DNA of 64,000 bases from Antedon mediterranea. Its lineage: Eukaryota > Animalia > Echinodermata. Shown one piece after another: positions 24,785-36,700 of this stretch. The first letter of the stretch is position 1. Every line of letters starts with the position of its first letter. The notes under the pieces are model-generated. The model was not told where the DNA came from. It searched no databases and worked only from the letters and a program-made list of their open reading frames with translations. Location of the stretch: NCBI RefSeq assembly GCF_964355755.1, contig NC_092673.1, forward strand, positions 16,464,948 to 16,528,947. The letters run 5' to 3'. The translations under genes were made by a program, and so were the position numbers.

Positions 24785-27700
24785 GTACGTTTTTAACAAT
24801 TATTTCAAACAAAAATAACCAGCTCCAATATGTGTTGATATTATTGACATATTGAAATATGTAAAAACAAATTAAAATGTTTGAATAGTTATATTGACAT
24901 ACATATATATACATAACATACTTTATAATCAGAATTTATAGTTCAAACAAAAAGAAAACACTTTGATTTTAAGATATTCTTTTGAGAAAAATACTTCAAA
25001 CTTTCTTAAAAGATTATAAAATCCAAAATTCTTTCTTTCTTTCTTTAAAAATTATGAAATCATAAATATTACAATTAAAGGGCTTATTCTCATTAAATAT
25101 AATAATAATAATATTTCCATCAATCATCATTCTCATTAAATACACGGGTATAAATGGATTATTTCTTACATTTTGACAGGAAACATTTGGTAGAAGCTTT
25201 GTCAAGGAATGATTTGAAAACAATTAAACAAATCTGTAAGACGCAACCAGGTCTTCTGAAATCTATCGATGAGGTATAAAAACAGATATATTTTTATAAT
25301 ATTATCAAAGAAGAAATTCTTTTCATTAAAGTTTAAAATTATAGAGGATGTAATTTTCTTTAATAGTTTAAATCTTTTTTACATACTGAATTACAATTCT
25401 TTTGCATTATCACACTGATGATGGAAGCTTACCTCTATGTACTGATTAACAACATTAGGCTAAAAATAATAATATAAATACACACTGATGATGGAGGTAT
25501 AACCTGCATGTACTGATTAACCACATTAGGCTAAAAATAATAATATAAATACACACTGATGATGGAAGCTTACCTCTATTTACTGATTATCCATATTAGG
25601 CTAAAAATAATAATATAAATACACACTGATGATGGAGGTATAACCTGCATGTACTGATTATCCATATTAGGCTAAAAATAATAATATAAATACACACTGA
25701 TGATGGAAGCTTACCTCTATGTACTGATTATCCATATTAGGCTAAAAATAATAATATAAATACACACTGATGATGGAGGTATAACCTGCATGTACTGATT
25801 AACCACATTAGGCTAAAAATAATAATATAAATACACACTGATGATGGAGGTATAACCTGCATGTACTGATTATCCATATTAGGCTAAAAATAATAATATA
25901 AATACACACTGATGATGGAAGCTTACCTCTATGTACTGATTATCCATATTAGGCTAAAAATAATAATATAAATACACACTGATGATGGAGATAACCTGCA
26001 TGTACTGATTAACCACATTAGGCTAAAAATAATAATATAAATACACACTGATGATGGAGGTATAACCTGCATGTACTGATTAACAACATTAGGATAAAAA
26101 TAATAATATAAATACACACTGATGATGGGTGTATAACCTGCATGTACTGATTAACCACATTAGGCTAAAAATAATAATATAAATACACACTGATGATGGA
26201 GGTATAACCTGCATGTACTGATTAACAACATTAGGCTAAAAATAATAATATAAATACACACTGATGATGGCGGTATAACCTGCATGCACTGATTAACCAC
26301 ATTAGGCTAAAAATAATAATATAAATACACACTGATGATGGGTGTATAACCTGCATGTACTGATTAACCACATTAGGCTAAAAATAATAATATAAATACA
26401 CACTGATGATGGAGGTATAACCTGCATGTACTGATTAACCACATTAGGCTAAAAATAATAATATAAATACACACTGATGATGGGGGTATAACCTATGTAC
26501 TGATTAACCACATTAGGCTAAAAATAATAATATAAATACACACCGATGATGGGGGTATAACCTATGTACTGATTAACCACATTAGGCTAAAAATAATAAT
26601 ATAAATACACACTGATGATGGAGGTATAACCTGCATGTACTGATTAACAACATTAGGCTAAAAATAATAATATAAATACACACTGATGAAGGAGGTATAA
26701 CCTGCATGCACTGATTAACAACATTAGGCTAAAAATAATAATATAAATACACACTGATGATGGGGGTATAACCTGCATGTACTGATTAACAACATTAGGC
26801 TAAAAATAATAATATAAATACACACTGATGATGGGGGTATAACCTGCATGCACTGATTAACCACATTAGGCTAAAAATAATAATATAAATACACACTGAT
26901 GATGGGGGTATAACCTGCATGTACTGATTAACAACATTAGGCTAAAAATAATAATATAAGTACACACTGATGATGGAGGTATAACCTGCATGCACTGATT
27001 AACCACATTAGGCTAAAAATAATAATATAAATACACACTGATGATGGAGGTATAACCTGCATGTACTGATTAACCACATTAGGCTAAAAATAATAATATA
27101 AATACACACTGATGATGGGGGTATAACCTGCATGTACTGATTAACCACATCAGGCTAAAAATTATAATATAAATACACACTGATGATGGAGGTATAACCT
27201 GCATGTACTGATTATCCACATTAGGCTAAAAATAATAATATAAATACACACTGATGATGGCGGTATAACCTGCATGCACTGATTAACAACATTAGGCTAA
27301 AAATAATAATATAAATACACACTGATGATGGGGGTATAACCTGCATGTACTGATTAAAAACATTAGGCTAAAAATAATAATATAAATACACACTGATGAT
27401 GGGGGTATAACCTGCATGCACTGATTAACCACATTAGGCTAAAAATAATAATATAAATACACACTGATGATGGGGGTATAAACTGCATGTACTGATTAAC
27501 AACATTAGGCTAAAAATAATAATATAAATACACACTGATGATGGAGGTACAACCTGCATGTACTGATTAACCACATTAGGCTAAAAATAATCATCCTCAT
27601 ATATAAATAGGCCTACACACTGATGATGGGGGTATAACCTGGATCAACAACATTAGGCTAAAAACTAAAAACATTAATAGAATATGATTTTCATTAAGGC

Positions 27701-30700
27701 AAATGGTTTAAATTAAATTTGTTATCGTTAACATCTAACTTAACTTAATTATGATATTGGTTTCATTGGGTGTTAAAAATCAGTACCGAAAGTAAGCACA
27801 TTAACAAAAATCAAATTTGATTAAAACAAACCAAATAACTAAATAGTTATATATGATTTATGATAACTGATTTAAAGTGTACAGTTACCTATCATATAAC
27901 ATAAATCTTTAATTTTCTTAATGAACAAAAAAAATCTATATTTTTTATATATTCAGTCATTAATCAACAATTATTGACAATGGTCTAATTAATTGTAAAT
28001 ATGAAATAAAATGCGACAACTACTAAACAACTAAAAATGTTTATGTTAAAAAAATTAATAGAATCTGATTTTAATAAAAAAAAATAATTATTAATTAAAA
28101 ACCTGCTCCCTCCCTTACCTTACAAAAAATGCTTCTGTCAGTCTATCCAGCTAATTATAAACATGGCATTAAACTACATCTGGAGATCCGTTTCCAACCT
28201 AGGATCTTTTTGTGCAAACATTTTGCCGCAAAATGAAGAGAAATGTAAACAATGTTTTGTTAGTTTTCAAAATCTAAATTGTGTGAGTAATGCAATTTAA
28301 AAAAGAAAGGCAATATGAAATTATTCTTTTCGAACTGAATGCTTTTAAGAAAAGTTCCGTCTCTTATCTTATGACTTTTTTTGAAAAATGAATTCTCGTT
28401 AAAATATAATATACTAGTAAGTGCTCACAGATGCTTCTTGAATACATGAACTTTGGTAAATAACGGAAAATTGTCTAAGTCGCACTGTACACAAAGCAAA
28501 TAAATTCATATCTGGGGAATAAATATACACCTATTACCTTAGAAATAGTGACGTGTCTCATTCAGCATGGGGCACCAGTAGCATTGCAAAATGAGGTAAA
28601 TGTACAGGGATTTGCTAGTGTAATAGGCTAACATTCTATAGATATGCTGTGGTAAACCATTCTATTTTGTTCTACTCATTTATTAATAATGATAATTATG
28701 ATTATTTATCACAATATTTAGCAGCAATTGTTGTTGTTTGTATTGACAAAAAACAAACAATTTCACATAATGTCTGTTGTCAGTATTTATAAACTTCATT
28801 ATGATTCCTTTCCAGAATGGTGACACTCCATTACATTACTATCTGAGGCATGGATACCCTACCTTAGAAATAGTGACGTGTCTCATTCAGCATGGGGTAC
28901 CAGTAGCATTGCAAAATAAGGTAATGTACAGGGATTTGCTAGTGTAATAGGCTAACATTCTATAGATATGATGTGGTAAACCATTCACATATAAACTTCA
29001 TTATGATTCCTTTCCAGTATGGTGAAACTCCATTACATTCATATTTATGGAGTACTGTACCTACCTTAGAAATAGTGACTTGTCTCATTCAGCATGGGAC
29101 ACCAGTAGCATTGCAAAAGAAGGTAATGTACAGGGATTTGCTAGTGTAATAGGCTAACATTCTATAGATATGCTGTGGTAAACCATTCTATTTTGTTCTA
29201 CTCATTTATTAATAATGATAATTATGATTATTTATCACAATATTTAGCAGCAATTGTTGTTGTTTGTATTGACAAAAAACAAACAATTTCACATAATGTC
29301 TGTTGTCAGTATTTATAAACTTTATTATGATTCCTTTCCAGAATGGTTACACTCCATTACATTTATATCTGGAGAGTGGATATACACCTACCTTAGAAAT
29401 AGTGACGTGTCTCATTCAGCATGGGGCACCAGTAGCATTGCAAAATAAGGTAATGTACAGGGATTTGCTAGTGTAATAGGCTAACATTCTATAGATATGC
29501 TGTGGTAAACCATTCTATTTTGTTCTACTCATTTATTAATAATGATAATTATGATTATTTACCACAATATTTAGTAGCAATTGTTGTTGTTTGTATTGAA
29601 AAAAAAAAACAAACAATTTCACATAATGTCTGTTGTCAGTATTTATAAACTTTATTATGATTCCTTTCCAGTATGGTAACACTCCATTACATTCATATCT
29701 GAGGAGTGGACCTACCTTAGAAATAGTGACTTGTCTCATTCAGCATGGGGCACCATTAGCATTGCAAAATAAGGTAATGTACAGGGATTTGCTAGTGTAA
29801 TAGGCTAACATTGTATAGATATGCTGTGGTAAACCATTCTATTTTGTTCTACTCATTTATTAATAATGATAATTATGATTATTTACCACAATATTTAGTA
29901 GCAATTGTTGTTGTTTGTATTGACAAAAAACAAACAATTTCACATAATGTCTGTTGTCAATATTTATAAACTTTATTATGATTCCTTTCCAGAATGGTGA
30001 CACTCCATTACATTCATATCTGTTGAGTGTATCTACTGCACCTACCTTAGAAATAGTGACGTGTCTCATTCAGCATGGGGAACCAGTAGCATTGCAAAAT
30101 AAGGTAATGTACAGGGATTTGCTAGTGTAATAGGCTAACATTCTATAGATATGATGTGGTAAACCATTCTATTTTGTTCTACTCATTTATTAATAATGAT
30201 AATTATGATTATTTACCACAATATTTAGCAGCAATTGTTGTTGTTTGTATTGACAAAAAACAAACAATTTCACATAATGTCTGTTGTCAGTATTTATAAA
30301 CTTTATTATGATTCCTTTCCAGAATGGTGACACTCCATTACATTCATATCTGTTGAGTGTATCTACTGCACCTACCTTAGAAATAGTGACGTGTCTCATT
30401 CAGCAAGGGGAACCAGTAGCATTGCAAAATAAGGTAATGTACAGGGATTTGCTAGTGTAATAGGCTAACATTGTATAGATATGATGTGGTAAACCATTAT
30501 ATTTTGTTCTACTCATTTATTAATAATGATAATTATGATTATTTACCACAATATTTAGTAGCAATTGTTGTTGTTTGTATTGACAAAACACAAACAATTT
30601 CACATAATGTCTGTTGTCAGTATTTATAAACTCCATTATGATTCCTTTCCAGGATGGTGACACTCCATTACATTCATATCTGAGGAGTAAATTTAAACCT

Positions 30701-33700
30701 ACCTTAGAAATAGTGACTTGTCTCATTCAGCATGGGACACCAGTAGCATTGCAAAATAAGGTAAATGTACAGGGATTTGCTAGTGTAATAGGCTAACATT
30801 ATATAGATATGATGTGGTAAACCATTCTATTTTGTTCTACTCATTTATTAATAATGATAATTATGATTATTTACCACAATATTTAGCAGCAATTGTTGTT
30901 GTTTGTATTAACAAAAAACAAACAATTTCACATAATGTCTGTTGTCAGTATTTATATTACCTCATTATGATTCCTTTCCAGTTTGGTGACACTCCATTAC
31001 ATTCATATCTGAGGAATCGTGGATATCCACCTACCTTAGAAATAGTGACGTGTCTCATTCAGCATGGGACACCAGTAGCATTGCAAAATGAGGTAAATGT
31101 ACAGGGATTTGCTAGTGTAATAGGCTAACATTCTATAGATATGATGTGGTAAACCATTCTATTTTGTTCTACTCATTTATTAATAATGATAATTATGATT
31201 ATTTACCACAATATTTAGCAGCAATTGTTGTTGTTTGTATTGAAAAAAAACAAACAATTTCACATAATGTTTGTTGTCAGTATTTATAAACTTCATTATG
31301 ATTCCTTTCCAGTATGGTAACACTCCATTACATTTATATCTGAAGAGTGCATATACACCTACCTTAGAAATAGTGACGTGTCTCATTCAGCATGGGGCAC
31401 CAGTAGCATTGCAAAATGAGGTAAATGTACAGGGATTTGCTAGTGTAATAAGCTAAAATTCTTTAGATCTACTGAAATAAACTATTCAGTGAGAGAAAAA
31501 AGTAAGCCCATTAACAAAAATCAAATTTTATTAAAACAAACCAAATTAAAATAATAACTAAACAGTTATATATGATTTATGATAACTGATTTAAAGTATA
31601 CAGTTATCCATCACATAACATTAATGTTTTTTCTTAATGAACAAAAACAATCTACTTGTAATTTTTTATATTCAGGTGAATCTATATATAATCAGTATAA
31701 TTTTGTTTAAATACTTTTTACCATAAAATAAATATATATTGCTCATATGTAGCTGTAAAGATAACAACAATTGAAAATGGTCTAATTAATTATAAATATG
31801 AAATAAAATGAGACAACTACAGTATGTTGACAAATAATAGAATAGCAAACAAAAATGTTTGTGTTATTGTTAACAAAATTAATAGAATCTGATTTTAATA
31901 AAAAAGAATTATTAATTGTTAATAACTTGCTCCCTCCCTTACCTTCCAAAAAAATACTTCTGTCAGTATATCCAGCTAATTACAGTTTGAATATGGCCTT
32001 TTAAAGAGATCTTTTTCCAGCATTTTTTTTTTTGCAAATATTTTGCCACAAATGGAAGAGAAATGTAAATAATGTTTAGTTTATAGTGGTTTCCAAAATC
32101 TAAAATTGTTCGAACAATGCAATTAGACATTTTTTTATATTCAGGTGAATCAGTATAATTTTGTTTACATATTTTTGACCGTAAAACAAATATAAATTGG
32201 TCATATGTAGCTGTAAAGATAACAATGATTGACAATGGTCTAATTAATTGTAAAGATGAAATAAAATGGGACAACTACATTGATTAATAATAAAATAACA
32301 AATAAAAATGCTTATGTCAAAAAAATTAATAGAATCTGATTTTAATAAAAAAATAATTATTAATTAATAACCTGCTCCCTCCCTTACCTTACAAAAAAAT
32401 GCTTCTGTAATAGTAATAGGCTAACAATCTTTAGATCTGATCCATGGTAAGATATTCTATTTTGTTCTCATTTATCAATCATGTCAATTAGGATTATTGA
32501 CCACATTATTTAGCAGTAATTCTTGCTATGGTTTGGGTTGACAAAAAAAAACCCAATTTCACATAATGTCTGTTGTCAGTATTATACACCAACAATATTG
32601 CAAAATAAGGTAATGTACAGGGATTTGCTAGTGTAATAAGCTAACATTATATAGATCTGCTGAAGTAGACCATTTAATGAGAGAAAAAAGTAAGCACATT
32701 AACAAAAATAAAATTTGATTAAAACAAACCAAATAAAAAAATAACTAACTAGATTTAAACTCGTCACTACGGACGAGTTAGGTTATCCGCAGCGCAAAAG
32801 GCACGTGCACGTCATACGTTAGAATATTACGCGCAGAAAAACGTTTACACCATTGAAAAAATGATAGTGCGCCCTCTATTTTGCGTCACGTCTGAGTATA
32901 TACGGTATACACTATATACTATATACGTATAACCATACAGTGCAGAATAGTGAAAAGAAGTGACCAAAGTTATTAACGCTTTTGAACATGATGACGTAAT
33001 AACAATTTTAAAAATTGTAAATCATGCGAAAGATAATTGATTGACCTAAACAATATAAAAAATGGAGGGCAATGGAATACGGATAATTGGAGATGCGCTC
33101 TATTAAATGTGATGAGCTATGACGAAAGAGACAAAAATCCTATTATTTATATTCGAGTGGCCATACGATGACGTCACAATGTCCGGTTAGTCATATTGAT
33201 GCATGATTTGATATCTGCAACTCATCTACTACCAGAATATGTAATTTTAAAAAAGTTCACGACGTAGTTTAGAATTTATGACTGTTTAAAAAAAGGCATA
33301 ATTTCGACAAATTTTTGAACTTTTTCATCAAAAATGCGCGTAAAATGTTTAATTCTACGTGCTCGTATGACGTGATTTTAAGTCGAAATTGTTTGAAAGT
33401 TGGTAAATTTTCTAAAAAAGACAGGAAAAACAAAAATCAAGCAAAAAAATGATGTTTTTGCGCTACGTGCGCACGTGCGCGTAAAAAAATTGCGCACGCG
33501 TGGGAATTTTTGAAATGCTCAAAATGACATGAAACGCGTAGAAAGTTGATTAGATATTGATTTTTCGCATTTTGAAATTTTAAACGCGCGTAAATTTTTG
33601 TGAAACATGCCATTTTTAATCCATAGAAAGTTTGCGCTTGATATGACTTAAAGTTTCACCAAGTTTCAATACAAAACGACTTTTAGTTTTTAATCAATCA

Positions 33701-36700
33701 TTGAAATTCATAAAATCGCGCGTAACTTACGCTGCGCGAATCAAAGTTCATAAAAAAAAGTTTCTTGCACATCTACAGCTACAGGGCTATCTTTTGACAA
33801 AGTTATACAATCATATGTTGGCCAGAATTAGAGATACGCTGCGAACAAAATTCGTGGAAAGAAAGAAGAACATAGGAAAAAAAGGGGTTATCCGCCAAGT
33901 GCGGATAACCAAATAGTTATATGATTTATGATCTGATTTAAAGTGTACAGTTACCTATCATATGACATAAATCTTTAATTTCCTTAATGAACAAAAAAAT
34001 CTATTTTTTTTATATATTCAGTTATTAATTAACAATTATTGACAATGGTCTAATTAATTGTAAATATGAAATAAAATGCGACAACTACTAAACAACTAAA
34101 AATGTTTATTAAAAAAAATAATAGAATCTGATTTTAATAAAAAATAATTATTAATTAAAAACCTGCTCCCTCCCTTACCTTACAAAAAATGCTTCTGTCA
34201 GTCTATCCAGCTAATTATGAACATGGCCATAAAGAAATCCTTTTCCAACCTAGGATCTTTTTGTGCAAACATTTGCCACAAAATGAAATGTAAACAATGT
34301 TTTGTTAGTTTTCAAAATCTAAATTGTTTGAGTAATGCAATTTAAAAAAGAAAGGTAATATGAAATTATTCTTTTCAAACTGAATGCTTTTAAGAAAAGT
34401 TCCGTCTCTTATCTTATGACTTTTTTGGAAAAATGATTTCTCGCTAAAATATAATATACTAGTAAGTGCTCACAGATGGTTTTTAAATACATGACCTTTG
34501 GTAAATGACTGAAAATTGTTTAAATACAAAGCAAATAAAATACAGATATGTTGGAATTTATGTAGTCAAATATAATTGTCATCCTGAGAATTACCTTAAT
34601 TTTGTTTATTGCATGGTATTGTTCACCAAATTCCTGTCTTGGTACAATTGATGATGGGATGGTATCAGGCTTCATGATATGATATGATTTTCATCGAGGC
34701 AAATGGTTTAAACTAAATTTGTTATCGTTAATATCTAACTTAGCTTAATTATGATATTGGTTTCATTGGGAGTTAAAAATCAGTACCGAAAGTATGTACC
34801 AACTTTCTCTACCATTGAGTATAAATTCTAGAAGTTGCACTTAATTTACTAAAATTCATTAAACAACTTATTGGTCTCATATTGTTAACATCTAAACATT
34901 TGTTTGTACAATTTTATGAAATATGTATTTTATTAATGTTGAAATTTTGTGATTGATATTTATAAATTTACATAGGGATTTGCTGGTGTAATAGGCCAAC
35001 ATTAATTGTAATTGTTGTTTGTTTTGACAAAAAAACAAACAATTTCACATAATGTCTGTTGTCAGTATTTATAAACATCATGATTATGATTCCTTTCCAG
35101 GATGGTAATACTCCAATACATGTGTATTTTAGGAGGAGTAGATTAATACCTACCTTAAAAATAGTGACTTGTCTGATTCAGCATGGGGTCACCATGTTGT
35201 TCTAGGAATTTCCATGCTAGTTGTGTCTACATTAATCCTCATAGGTTTAGAACATTCTTCAAAAATAGGTCTTCTGACTGGTGCTGCCATCTTTGTGCAC
35301 TCCCAAAACTGAATGATTCATTCTTTAGTATCTCTTCGGATACAAATGAAAACGATGCATTGCTCAACTTGGATCCACTAGTATGTGGAATCAACAACGA
35401 TTCCAGCAGTAATTCGGACTCTATCATTGATCCTGCAGAGGTACTGAAAGGAAAAGGCATGCATTTTCTTCATGTTAATGCGCGGTCTCTACTACCCAAA
35501 ATATCTGAACTTAGAACACTTGTTGGTGGAACCAAAGTGGCAGTCATTGCTGTCACTGAAACGCACCTTGACAGTTCCATTACCGATAATGAAATACACA
35601 TCCCAGACTTCCAACTATATCGTCGAGACCGTGCCAGAGCAGGTGGTGGAGTATGTCTGTACTTCAAGTCTACCCTGGCCATTACTATGCGGTCTGACTG
35701 TGACAATGCCAACATTGAGGCACTATGGTCTGAAGTACATCTCCCAAGAACAAGGCCTATTATCGTTGGAGTCTGTTATCGGCCACCAAAACAACGTCAT
35801 GGTGAATTTATTGATGGAATGGATAACATTATGGAACAACTACCGAGAAACTCGGAGATCTACATTTTCGGAGATACAAACATGTCTAGCTTGAAAAAGG
35901 ATAGCAACTATATCAAATTCCAACAGACTCTGCACATCAGTGGAATGTCTCAAATTATGAGCGAACCCACACGCATCTGTGATTCCTGCGAATCTTGTCT
36001 TGATCATATTATCACCAACTCTTCGGACAAACTAAACAAATTCGGAGTGCTATCTATAGGCTTCAGTGATCACTTTCCTATATAGGCCACTCGTCACACA
36101 CAGCGACAAAAACACCACACGCATAAAAAGGTGAAGATTAGATCAACTAAAAACTACAATAGAGAAAAGTTTATACGTCTTCTTCAAGAGACTGATTGGG
36201 ACAATGTTCACAAGGCAGAAACCGTTGATTTTTCGTGGCAAGCCTTTTGTGTAAATTTCACAAATGTTTTGGATAAAGTTGCTCCTGTAAAAGAAGTCCG
36301 AATTAGACACTCTTCTCAGCCGTGGATGACACCTGACATACTCAAAATTATTAAGGCCAGGGATATTTATCTTAATAGATTCAAAAGAACTCGTAATTTA
36401 TTATATCGTACTGAATACTGTAAACTTAGAAATCAGGTACAAAGAAATATAAAAGAAGCAAAGCAGACTCATTTTATTGACAAGATCAATACAAATCGAC
36501 ATAACCCTAAAAAGTTATGGAAGGTTATAAAAGATCTTGGGTATCAAAATAAACAAAATGAAACTGCTTCGATTACTCTTAAAATAAATGATAAACTATG
36601 TAGTGAGCCAAACATTATTGCCAGTCACTTTAACTCGTTTTTTACAAACGTAGCATCAGATCTGGTAAGAAAGCTCCCGCAAAGGTCATACCAATTTGAT

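Noticed and set aside
29536-31386. Repeated minus-strand ORFs (MRHVTISKVG...)
   Set aside because: Antisense shadows of the ankyrin units.
28503-31460. CRISPR-like pattern of constant repeats with short variable spacers
   Set aside because: Units are ~330 bp with GT-AG sites and encode ankyrin repeats; eukaryotic context and no cas genes.
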